Positions 51,851-64,000 of a stretch of 64,000 nt of DNA are shown in pieces (within the stretch, counting starts at the first letter, position 1; each line of letters starts with the position of its first letter). The stretch comes from Octopus sinensis (lineage: Eukaryota). The stretch is from contig NC_042997.1 in assembly GCF_006345805.1 (NCBI RefSeq), positions 39,680,001 through 39,744,000 on the forward strand, read 5' to 3'. The position numbers and the translations under genes are program-made. The notes beneath the pieces are model-generated. The model did no database searches and was not told where the DNA came from. It saw only the letters and a program-made list of their open reading frames with translations.

Positions 51851-52464
51851 TGTGTATATGAGAAAAAAGATAACAAAGGAAAAAACAGCTGTCTTATGAA
51901 TTTCATTAGCTTATATATGTATATATATGAAAGTGAGTGTATGTATATGCATATACTGTATATGAGTGTGTGGTACACACACACACACACACACACACAT
52001 GCATGCACACACACACGCACGCGCACACACACATGTATATAATGAAGGTCTTATGGAATGGAAATGAATGTGAAGAAAATGAAAATCAATGGTAATGAGC
52101 AAGATACAACTGTCACCAACTGAAAAGACACCAACAATAATATACCTGAGATAAACATGATAAGAAAATGGGGAAATGTGAAACAGAAAAAAAGACGTGA
52201 GATAGAAGAAGGCAGTGGAAAAAAATACCAAAATATTTAACATCAACAAACATTGATATAGCAACCATGTAAAGATTTATTTAAGGAGTTACGTATGGCC
52301 CCCTCTTAGTGTATGCCGCTGAAACATGGAACGGATGTTAACAAATCCATTACAAGACTTTCAGGTATGGGTATAACAGACAGATACATGGAAACACATA
52401 CATACATCTTCACAGAATATATAAGAATCAACTTGAAAAAATTAAACTAAAGGAACATTCAAAA

Positions 52465-53070
52465 TAAAAATCAAATGGAAATTGCAGTTATGATACCTGT
52501 GCTGGTGGCACGTAAAATGCACTATCTGAACGTGGCCGATGCCAGCGCTGCCTTGACTGGCGTCCGTGCCGGTGGCATGTAAAAACCACAAACTGATTGT
52601 GGCCATTGCCAGCCTCCTCTGGCCCCTGTGCCGGTGATTGGCATTAGGAAGGGCATCCAGCTGTAGAAACACTGCCAGATCAGACTGGAGCCTGGTGCAG
52701 CCTCCTGGATTCCCAGACCCCGGTTGAACTGTCCAACCCATGCTAGCATGGAAAACGGATGTTAAACGATGATGATGATGATGATGAAGCTGCCTGATTG
52801 GCTTCTGTACCAGTGGCTCGTAAAAAGTACCATTCTAGCGTGGTCAATACCAGTACTGCCTGACTGCTCCTCATGCTGGTGGCACATAAAAAGCACCCAC
52901 TACACTCTGAGAGTGATTGGTGTTAGGAAAGGCATCCAGCTGTAGAAACTTTACCAGATCAGACTGGAGCCTAGTACAGCCATATGGCTCACCAGCCCTC
53001 AGTCAAACCATCCAACCCATGCCAGCATGGAAAGCAGACGTTAAATGACGACAATGATAATGATTATGAT
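52465..53070 (+). mobile_element. Two tandem RTE 3' UTR fragments
   Basis: Two conserved 3' blocks, each with (GAT)n tail (ending ~52787 and ~53070). Confidence 0.85.
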
Positions 53071-53221
53071 GAAAAAAAAATTGAACTGACATCATTCAAT
53101 TAAAGCCTAAAAGAAAAGAAAATAGTAGACATGCATTTCGTGTGTGTGTGTGTGTGTGTATGTGTGTATATACATATATATATATGTACATACATTCATA
53201 TATTAGTACACACACACACAC

Positions 53222-53600
53222 ACACATACACATGTAAATGTATCTATCTGTAAAACACGAATAAGGTGCTACAGGAAGTAAAAAAAAATAAATAATTGTA
53301 GCCTCTTTCATCTAAGCATCTCAATATCAACTCTCGTTAGCACTCCTCAACTCATATGAAAAAAAAAAAGTTCTGTGTGGAGTTAATTACTGTTGATGCT
53401 ATGAAAATAATACCGTAATGACATGTTCTGTAAGTGTTAGGACTTTCAGGGCCAACCTCTTAACGATATGCCAAAATTATTAAAATAAATGAAACCATCT
53501 TTGAATAACAGAACTGACCTCACGTTATTGCCATATCGCTATTAAAACTCCAATTAGTAAGTAGCAAGGAAGCAACATACACACACACACACACATGCAC

Positions 53601-53634
<34 letters not shown>

Positions 53635-53998
53635 CACACACATACACATGTAAATGTATCTATCTGTAAAACACGAATAAGGTGCTACAGGAAGTAAAAA
53701 AAAATAAATAATTGTAGCCTCTTTCATCTAAGCATCTCAATATCAACTCTCGTTAGCACTCCTCAACTCATATGAAAAAAAAAAAGTTCTGTGTGGAGTT
53801 AATTACTGTTGATGCTATGAAAATAATACCGTAATGACATGGTTCTGTAAGTGTTAGGACTTTCAGGGCCAACCTCTTAACGATATGCCAAAATTATTAA
53901 AATAAATGAAACCATCTTTGAATAACAGAACTGACCTCACGTTATTGCCATATCGCTATTAAAACTCCAATTAGTAAGTAGCAAGGAAGCAACATACA
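53222..53998 (+). repeat. Near-identical ~420-bp tandem duplication bounded by (CA)n
   Basis: acatacacatgtaaatg..ggaagcaacatac at 53224-53580 and 53640-53997. Confidence 0.95.
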
Positions 53999-54017
53999 CA
54001 CACACACACACATGCAC

Positions 54018-54070
<53 letters not shown>

Positions 54071-54226
54071 GACACACACACACACATACACACAGACACA
54101 CAGACACACACACACACACATAAACATGCACCCATAAACATGCACACACAAATATATATATATATATATATATAGATATATTTCTCCCTCTCTTTCTATG
54201 CATGTACATATACATACATATATTTG

Positions 54227-54261
<35 letters not shown>

Positions 54262-54356
54262 ACACACATATATATATATATATAACATATGCATGTATAT
54301 ATATATGCATATATAAATAAATATATATAAATAAATAAATATATATATACATACAT

Positions 54357-54393
<37 letters not shown>

Positions 54394-55247
54394 CTGATAG
54401 AATCAGTACTAGGCTTACAAAGAATAAGTCCTAGAGTTGATTTGTTTGACTAAAAGCAGTGCTCCAGCATGGCTGCAGTCAAATGACTGAAACAATAAAA
54501 GAATAAAAGAATATATATATATCTATATGTGTGTATATTTATATGTGTGCGTATATATAAGTCTGTATATGCATGCATGTCTGTGTGTCTGTGTGTTTGT
54601 TTACATTTGTGACTTTGTTTGGAAGTGTGACAAATGTTATTGTCAATTTCTGTTGTCAACAAATGGCTTCATCACTTTGTGCTTTTGAAGCTAAGTGGAA
54701 TAAGAGGGGCACCTTAATTGTAAAGCAGATAAAGTCTAGCATCTCGAAGAGCATCTGGCTGTAAAATAATGCCTCAAATAACGTATTTGACCGACCGAGG
54801 CAAGCATGAAAAAAATAGGTGTAAAAATGAGCAAATTAATGAATACTATACATAGATATGCATATACCCATATATAGAGGAACATGTATGTATGTGTATG
54901 TGTGTGTGTGCATGCTTATATTATGTGTGTGTATGCATGTATATATGTGTATATGTGTGTATATAGTGTATGTAAGTGTGTCTGTATATGTATATATATA
55001 TATTTGTGTGTGTGTATATATATATATAGAGAGAGAGAGAGAAAGGGTGTTCATAAATTATCTTTACAACTTCCACAATTTATTGTATTTACTAAATATG
55101 AGATCCATCAATCAACTTGTTTTGCAACCAATGGAGCCCATGTCGAAGTGTTATGATGTTTCTAAAAATCTTTTGTTTGTTTTCCAATAATTTATTTTCT
55201 GAATTTTCCATTTTGTAAAGGTAATTTATGGACACCTTGTATGTTTC

Positions 55248-55590
55248 ATCATCATCATCATCATCATCATCGTTTAACGTCCGTTTTCCGCGCTAGCACG
55301 GGTTGGACGATTTGACCGGGGTCTGGGGAGCCAGGGGCTGCTCCAGGCTCCAGTCTGATCTGGCAGTGTTTCTACAACTGGATGCCCTTCCTAACGCCAA
55401 CCACTACGCGAGTGTAGTGGGTGCTTTTTACGTGCCACCTGCACAGGTGCCAGGGGGGTCTGGCATTGGCCACGATTGGTTGGTGCTTTTTATGTGCCAC
55501 CAGCACAGAAGCCAGTCGAGGCGGTGCTGGCATCGGCCACGTTCAGATGGTGCTTTTTATGTGCCACCGGCACAGAAGCCAGTCGAGGCG
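55248..55590 (-). mobile_element. RTE 3' UTR fragment
   Basis: Family match. Confidence 0.85.
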
Positions 55591-55599
55591 ATACATATA

Positions 55600-56305
55600 T
55601 AAACTTAGATAAACTTGGATATGTTTCAACCAAAGACAGGTCCAGGCCATGTCTAACTTATTAGCACCACCTGATAGGATTATCTAAATCCTTTTTAAGT
55701 CAAGTTTTGTTTAAGTGAAGTAGTGAGTTCTTGTTGAGTGGGTTGTATCCAGGTATAGGTGGCTTATCCAGTATTCCTTAAAGAAATCTGTCCAGACTCC
55801 GTTTAAAGTTGATGGGATCCTTTTCCTTTTTGATCTCTTTTGGGACAATGTTAAACAGAGCAAGGCCAGTTGAGGAAAAGAAATTATGTCGCAGTGTACC
55901 TATATGCTGTGATCCTGAATTGGGCAGGGGACGTATGGCCCGTGGTCCTAGTCTTGGATGAACCTTGAAGCTAATGTTCAGGTCGTTTGGGCAAAGTTGG
56001 CGGTATATTCTCCACATCGTACAAATGATGTACCACTCATGGTGGCGCTGGAGAGAGTAGACTTTCAAGGCTTTAGGGCGATCCCAATAATCGAAATCAG
56101 TCATGCCTTCAATTCATTTAGTGAGTGCCCTCTGGAGTGATTCAATCCTCGAGATGTTTTGTTTTGTACAGGGAGACCACAAGGGGTAGCAGTATTCGAG
56201 GTGTGGCTGTACAAAGGAGGAGAAAAGTGGAATGATGACACCTTGTTCTCTGGACCGGAAGGTTCTTAAGATCCAGGAGATCATCCTATGAGCTATATCG
56301 ACCTT
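55600..56305 (-). mobile_element. Decayed CR1-group LINE 3' fragment
   Basis: WILRTFRSR..FVQPHLEYCYPLWSP..IESLQRALTK*..YWDRPKALKVYSLQR..LFNIVPKEI..FKRSLDRFL. Confidence 0.85.
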
Positions 56306-56592
56306 ATGCATGTATACATATATGTATATATATATGTGAATGTGTGTATATATATATATCATCATCATCATCGTTTAACGTCCGTTCTCCATGCTAGCAT
56401 GGGTTGGACGGTTCGACCGGGGATCTGGGAAGCCAGAAGGCTGCACCAGGCTCCAGTCTTATCTGGCAATGTTTCTACAGCTGGATGCCCTTCCTAACGC
56501 CAATGCATATGATTATATATATATAAATGGTGGTTGATAGCTTAGTAGTTAGGGCAGTGGGACCAAAATAAATTATTTTCTTGAGCAAGGTA

Positions 56593-57000
56593 GGTGCAGG
56601 AGTGGCTGTGTGGTAAGTAGCTTGCTTACCGACCATATGGTTCCAGGTTCATTCCCACTGCGTTGCACCTTGGGCAAGTATCTTCTACTATAGCCTCGGG
56701 GCAACCAAACCCTTGTGAGTGGATTTTGTAGATGGAAACTGAAAGAAGCCTGTCGTATATATGTATATATACATATGTATGTGTGTATTTGTTTGTCTAT
56801 GTTTGTCCCCACACCATTACTTCACAACCAATGGTGGTGTGTTTACATCCCCATACATTACCGGTTCGGCAAAAGAGACTGATAGAATAAGTACTAGTCT
56901 TACAAAGAATAAGTCCTGGGGTCGATTTGCTCGACTAAAGGCAGTGCTCCAGCATGGCCGCAGTCAAATGACTGAAACAAATAAAAGAGTAAAAGAGTAA
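56593..57000 (+). mobile_element. SINE family A
   Basis: Family match. Confidence 0.88.
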
Positions 57001-57171
57001 GGTTCTTCATTCCATAGGCAGTAGCAGCAGCTGCAGCTAGGTGCAGGGGTGGTTAACCCGGCAATAGTCTGCTGTCCCCTCCTGTATAAGGTCTTGTACT
57101 TAGTGTTGTTTCACTCTCAGAAACCAAATTAAGCTCCTGTTTAATGAGCCTGTGTGCTGCAGAATGATTTT

Positions 57172-57210
<39 letters not shown>

Positions 57211-57639
57211 CACACACACAACACACACACACACACACACACGTGCACGCATGCATGCAAACACACACACACACATTTCTTTTTTTAGAATAGTGAATTT
57301 TTAAAAAACATCACAAAGGGCTATAAATAGTAGCAAGTAAAATATTGGGTTGGAAAACCCTTTTGAATAGAAAAAAAGGTTCAACGCTGCCTTGTGGGAC
57401 CTAAACCCACATCTGCGGTAAATATCACATACAGTTCCCCCTCCTCACATATACGTGTACACACACACACACACCACACACACACACACACAACACACAC
57501 ATGCAACAGAATTATTCCCATTCAACATAATCGATGTTATCTGATGTTTCATATATATATATCACATACACACATACACATACAAACATACATTATACAT
57601 ACATACATACATACATACATACATACATACATGCATGCA

Positions 57640-57673
<34 letters not shown>

Positions 57674-58050
57674 CATACATACATCATACATACATACATT
57701 ACAACATCATACATATATACATACATACATACATACATACATACATACATCATACATACATACATACATCATACATACATACATACATACAAGCATCATA
57801 CATACATACATAAATACATACATACATACATACATACATATAATCATAAATTTTTTTCTTTGTGTTATTACACTGCACCTAGCTTTTTATATTAATTTAT
57901 ATATATATAAGGTCTGATTGTATGCCTATTTAAAGTATATAAAATGTATTAACATACAATTTATATATATGTATTATATATATATATAAGATGTATGTAC
58001 ATATTGTATGTATATATGCATATATATATATTATTTATATGCATACATGC

Positions 58051-58132
<82 letters not shown>

Positions 58133-59742
58133 GGTGTAAGGTCATATATGCCTATTTATAATATATAAAATGCATTAACATACCATTGTAAACATGATAT
58201 ATTAACACACTGTATACATCATTTTTAGGAAAGTCATAATACTTTATACTGCATGATGTACAATGTATGAGCTACAATGTACATAACAAATTGTAATGAA
58301 TTGAGGATTGGATAAAGTATTGATGTTCTACAAATTAATCAAATTTAATTCAAGATAAATATTTAGCAATATCAGAATGAAAAAACAATCTTATTTTAAA
58401 TCTGTTAATTTGAATTAAAGAATATGTTTAATAAAAGAATTTAGCTTGATTATATTTTCTGAATTATACAGTTTGTTTATTATATTTTGTTTGCTCATAT
58501 GTAGTAAAATGCATGTAGTTTCTGTTTGGGAATGTTTATACCTGTCAATACCAAAAATAGTCTAAAGAATTCTTTCTAAAACAATACAGAAATAATACAA
58601 TATCCTTTGGAAAATAGTGATAGAACTTTGTGAATGTTTTGCATTCATAATGTTATTGTTTTCCTTTAAATAAAGTTTTAATCTAGAATGGAAGCAATAG
58701 ATAGCATCATACCTTTCAATGTGTGGGTCATCAAAGAATTCTCTAAAAGAGTTATTGTAGTGTTTAGGTTTTTCTCCCCTGAGTTTATAAATGTAAATAG
58801 TTATTCTTCATTCTTGAGGTTCTTTGTAAAGCAATCCATAATTGAGGAAGTAAGTGTTTCAGCTTAGTGGCTGACTGATGGTAATGTAATGCCAGCCAAA
58901 TATACTAGTCCAGTGTTGAGACATACCACAGTTAAGGAGAAGGGCAACAGAGAGAGAGGGAGAGAGAGAGGAGAGAGAGAGAGAGAGAGAGAGAAAGAGG
59001 GGGGGGGAGAAAAGGAGGAAAAAGACTGTAGAGGAAATTACTGTTAGATTCATGAAAAGAGTAAAGTAAAATAAGAGAGTGGAAACTTATGAAACAGACA
59101 GGGAAGGAGAGAAAGAGAGAGAGAGAAAGAAGAGAGAGAGATAGATAGAAGGATAGATAGAGAGAAATGGAGAGATGCCGAGTGAAAAGTAACAACTGTG
59201 GACAGGGAAAAAGTTAAGTAAAGACAAATGTGAAAGGAAAATTCATAAGATAGAATAAGAAAGGAAGAGAGAAGACTGCTGCAAAAAGTGTGGGGTTGGA
59301 GTTGGGGGGTAGGGGTCTGGTGTTGAGGGCAAGGGATGAGAGGGAAGGGGGCTGGTTTGTAGAAAGGAAGAAAGCAGAAAAAAACAGCTATAAAAGGACA
59401 AACCATGTATATACCCTGGAAAACAAATAAATATGTGTGTGTGTACTGGTCTGTGTGTGTGAGTGTGTATGTGTGTGTGTTTTTTGTGTGTGTGTGACTG
59501 TGTGTGTGTGTGACTGTGTGTGTGTGCATCTACACAGACACATGCAAATGTATACACACAAGCACTTTAACTGAATCTGTATTATTCTGCTCTTGGAGAG
59601 ATATGTGTGTGTGTGTATGTATGTGTATATGTGTGTGAGTACGTGTGTTTGCGAGTGTGTGTGCATGTGTATGTGTTGTATGTGTGCATGTATGTAATAT
59701 GTGTTGTGGTGTGTGTTTGTGTATATATATATTATATAGATC

Positions 59743-59826
<84 letters not shown>

Positions 59827-59899
59827 TGTATATATACATATACATGCATGCATATAGAAATATATATTTATATATATTATTATTTAAAGGTCACAATAC

Positions 59900-60510
59900 A
59901 TGTATTAAAGCGCTACTAATAGTTTCATATGTTGAGAGAACTCAAACATATTCTTCAGATGCAAACCACATTTCATAATGAACAAAAAAATTGAATAGAT
60001 AGAAGAACCATGATGAAGCTGAGACCTGCAGCATTTAGAAACTGCAGACAGTAAACAACAGAAAACAAAACTGAAGTGTCAAAAGGAAAAAAAGTGCCCT
60101 CCTCCTTAGGCCTTAAATGATAAGGCTGGAGAGATATCAAGTCATTTAGGAATAGGCAAAATTTTCCAATTCTTCAGAATATATTTATACATATGTATGC
60201 AACTACTGAAAATTTCTGATCTGGAGTTCAATAGAGAGTTATGGATCTTAGATCTGAACAGGATCTGCGCTCTTTCAGCTAAATAAAGTCTACATTTATT
60301 TGATCCATTCACATAAGGTATAGATTTCTCAATTGCTTTCCATTTGATCAGATGCAGTGTTTTGTTATCTTTCAAAGTCCATATGTAGCTAGCCAACTTT
60401 GTTGCTTTACTTTTGTCCCTATGTTGGAAGGAGGTTATGTGACCGGCATAGCGATTTTTAAATTCTCCTTCACATGATCCAATATATGTCTTCTTATCAG
60501 TTGTATTATT
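59900..60510 (-). mobile_element. Penelope-like element 3' fragment (GIY-YIG endonuclease plus 3' region)
   Basis: KTYIGSCEGEFKNRYAGHITSF..TKLASYIWTLKD..IKW..PYVNGSNKCRLYLAE..LLNSRSEIFSSCIH. Confidence 0.9.
59910..59962 (-). ncRNA. Type-I hammerhead ribozyme motif
   Basis: gcau CUGAAGA auaugu-u-ugag-uucu-cuca-acauau GAA ACUA-u-UAGU A gcgc; canonical core, stem I partly mismatched; ~180 nt after the GIY-YIG stop. Confidence 0.8.
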
Positions 60511-60527
60511 ATATCTATATCTATATG

Positions 60528-60596
<69 letters not shown>

Positions 60597-60625
60597 GTAA
60601 AATAACACATGACAATTATTCAATA

Positions 60626-60696
60626 GCCAAGATAAAACTCTGAGTTTCGGATTCCAAGGTGGAAATCCACAACACCATCTCTTCGGTTATCTGGCC
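60626..60696 (-). ncRNA. Hammerhead-like motif with CCGAAGA core
   Basis: gccagauaa CCGAAGA gauggug..ggauuucca-ccu-uggaaucc GAA ACUC-a-GAGU U uuaucuuggc; ~9-bp stem I with one bulge. Confidence 0.6.
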
Positions 60697-60720
60697 ACCA
60701 TTTTTACTAATATATATATA

Positions 60721-60925
60721 TCAAAATCGAAATTGATCAACATCAATGGAAATTGTAGCTGTGATTCCAGTGCTGGTGGCACATAAGAGAACCAACTGAA
60801 CGTGGCCGTTGCCAGCGCCGCCCCGACTGGCCTCCATGCCGGTGGCACGTAAAAAGCACCATTCATATATGGGTCGATGCCAGTGCCACCTGACTGGCTT
60901 CCTGTGCTGGTGACATGTAAAAAAG
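60721..60925 (+). mobile_element. RTE 3' UTR internal fragment
   Basis: Subrepeat match. Confidence 0.8.
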
Positions 60926-61073
60926 CATATGGTATATGCAAATATATACATATATGTGTGTGTGTGTGTGTGGTGTAGTTGTATTTTACAGAGTTGATGA
61001 TTCAGCAAAGAAACTCTTCTTGCACTAAATTCTTTCTCCTCTGAAACAGACTATTCTGTTCTGTGTGACTTTT

Positions 61074-61296
61074 AACCCTTTTGTTACCAACCTGGCTGAA
61101 ACTGGCTTTGGCCCTGTAGTACAAATGTCTTGCTTTCAAAAGTTCTGAATTAAAATCTTCCACCAAACCTTAGTCTTAATTTATGTTCCTAACACTAAGT
61201 TAATGATAACTAAGTTATTTTACTAAATTCTCTGTTATATTTAAAATAATTGAAAGAAACAAAGCATCTCAAAATAAATACAGTAACGAAAAAGAT
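61074..61296. mobile_element. piggyBac-like MITE (second family)
   Basis: ttaa-cccttttgttac ... gtaacgaaaaag-ataa imperfect termini. Confidence 0.5.
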
Positions 61297-61305
61297 AAAC
61301 CTAAC

Positions 61306-61711
61306 TTTACTCTTTTACTCTTTTACTTGTTTCAGTCATTTGACTGCGGCCATGCTGGAGCACCGCCTTTAATCGAGCAACTCGACCCCGGGACTTATTC
61401 TTTTGTAAGCCAAGTACTTATTCTATCGGTCTTTTTTGCCGAACCGCTAAGTTACGGGGACATAAACACACCAGCATCGGTTGTCAAGCGATGTTGAGGG
61501 CACAAACACAGACACACAAACATGCACACACATATATATACATATATACGACAGGCTTCTTTCAGTTTCCGTCTACCAAATCCACTCACAAGGCATTGGT
61601 CGGCCCGGGGCTATAGCAGAAGAAACTTGCCCAAGATGCCACGCAGTGGGATTGAACTCGGAACCATGTGGTTGGTTAGCAAGCTACTTACCACACAGCC
61701 ACTCCTGCGCC
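61306..61711 (-). mobile_element. SINE family A, full length
   Basis: Family match. Confidence 0.9.
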
Positions 61712-62154
61712 TTTGATTCATAGCAATCAAAGTAATTTCTCCTCAATATATGACATCAAAGAATTATAGGTAGACACTATTATCAAATGATGTTATTTCA
61801 CATTACTTAAAACAGTTGTATATAAAATACCTGCTTCATAATCAATATTTAAGAAATCCATATGCACTTAGTAATATTGTAAATATGTAAATACACAGGT
61901 AAATAAAGTGATAATTGAATGAATATTTTACTGTAAATAGATACCTAATTAAATTAATGATAATAGATGTTAATAAACTGGAAGGGTTTTTAAATGTATA
62001 CAATCTATATACGACATATTTGCTGGCATATCCTTAACCATGTGCAAACAATTAGCAAATATTTGTGCATATCTAAATATATAAAAATGCCAGGAACCTT
62101 AATTTATGCGCAGTCGCACATTTTTATGCAGATGCACTTCTGCATATATGCGTA

Positions 62155-62842
62155 TACATACATACATACATACATACATACACAACATACATGCATACAT
62201 AGATACATACATACATACATACATACATACATACATACATACATACAAACATACATACACATACTACACACATACATACATACACACATCTCATACATAC
62301 AACACACACAACATACCACATACATACATACACACACACACACACACTACATACAAACAGACATACACACACACTACACAACACACATACATAACATACA
62401 TACATACATACATACATACATAGACATCACCATACATACATACATACATACATACATACCATACACATACATACATACAAAACATACATACACACACACA
62501 TACACACACACATACATACATACACACACATACACACACTACATACACACCATACATACATACATACACACACATACATACATACATACATACACACACA
62601 CACATACATACATACAATACATACATACACATACATACATACACCCACACACATACAATACTACATACACACATACATACATACACAACATACACACACA
62701 CACATACATACATACATACATACACACACACACATACATACATACATACACACATACATACATACATACATACATACATACATACATACTACATACATAC
62801 ATACCTACATACACACACATACATACAAACACACACACATAC

Positions 62843-62875
<33 letters not shown>

Positions 62876-63050
62876 TACATACATACAAACATACATACAT
62901 ACACACATACATACACACACACATACATACATACATACATACATGCATGCATACATACATACATACATACATACACACACACATACATACATACATACAT
63001 ACATACATACATACATACATACATACATACATACATACATGCATACATAT
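62155..63050. repeat. ~900-bp (CATA)/(CA) microsatellite
   Basis: Direct reading. Confidence 0.95.
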
Positions 63051-63497
63051 ATTTATATACAAATGTGTGTATGTGCTGGAATGGAAGGTGCTTGACAAAT
63101 AATCAGTATTAGGAATGTGGATTTCTGTGTGTGTTGTAATTTTATCCATTTTTACCCTTTTTTATCCTGTTGTTATTATATCCGGGATTCTGTGTTTCAA
63201 ACTATATTTAGGAAAGTAAATAAGATAGGAGAGTTTGTTTATATTATTTTAATTACAATCATATTGCAATGAAATATCTTATACAATCACCAAACATTTT
63301 ACTTTTCCATTACACAAACATACATACATACATATATAAATGTATATTTATATATATGTATATATATGTTGTATGTATGTTATGTGTATATATATGTATA
63401 TATATATATATATATGTATATATATGTATATATATATGTATATACATATATATATATATTATATATATATATATATATATATGTGTATGTATGTATG

Positions 63498-63538
<41 letters not shown>

Positions 63539-63747
63539 TATATATTTTTTGGTAATCATAGTAAATAGTAATTGATGCAAATCAATTATTGTTCATCAAT
63601 GATATCTCCATTTTCTGTTTTCTTTAATTTTGATTCCTGATAAACTCCTGTTTATCCTTGGCTTTACCTATAATTTATGAGCATCATTTTTGCCATGTTT
63701 AAATATAGGTAATATAGCAGTAGTATTTTGGATACTTTTATCCCTTA

Positions 63748-63950
63748 GATCATCATCATCATCATCATCATCATCATTTAGCATCCGTTTTCCATGCTAG
63801 CATGGGTTGGACGGTTCAACTGGGGTCTGTGAAGCCGGAAGGCTGCATCAGGCCCAGTCAGATATGGCAGTGTTTCTACAGCTGGATGCCCTTCCTTACG
63901 TCAACCACTCCATGAGTGTAGTGGGTGCTTTTTACATGCCACCCGCACAG
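63748..63950 (-). mobile_element. RTE 3' UTR fragment
   Basis: Family match. Confidence 0.85.
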
Positions 63951-64000
63951 ATGGTTATTTTAAACTCTAACTCAACTACCCTTATATATATATATAAACA

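Noticed and set aside
61994-63112. 372-aa ORF and the many HT/YI/VC/LSIY-rich ORFs
   Set aside because: Translations of stop-free microsatellites, not proteins

Overview
AT-rich, repeat-dense eukaryotic DNA. The SINE/LINE/microsatellite repertoire looks like a coleoid cephalopod, most likely Octopus (inference from recognised repeat types, not from a search). No host protein-coding gene can be supported; there is one candidate minus-strand exon at 17269-17363. Almost all ORFs in the track are microsatellite translations. Real coding remnants are all transposon-derived: an RTE 3' fragment with a young CR1 nested inside it (8.0-9.0 kb), R4/Dong-type RLE elements sitting in (TAA)n tracts (44.8-49.3 kb), two Penelope-like GIY-YIG fragments (33.5-34.9 kb and 59.9-60.5 kb), and decayed RTE and CR1 pieces. 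Non-coding mobile DNA includes three tRNA-derived SINE families, many RTE 3'-UTR copies, non-autonomous Helitrons, and hAT, piggyBac-like and pogo-like MITEs. The most interesting signal is a set of minimal type-I hammerhead ribozyme motifs. Two lie directly downstream of the Penelope endonuclease fragments. Others carry a non-canonical CCGANGA core, and one pair is arranged back-to-back in a palindromic mini-element. The window also holds near-identical tandem duplications, (TA)n-centred foldbacks and a templated insertion. Coordinates were read by eye and may be off by a few bases.
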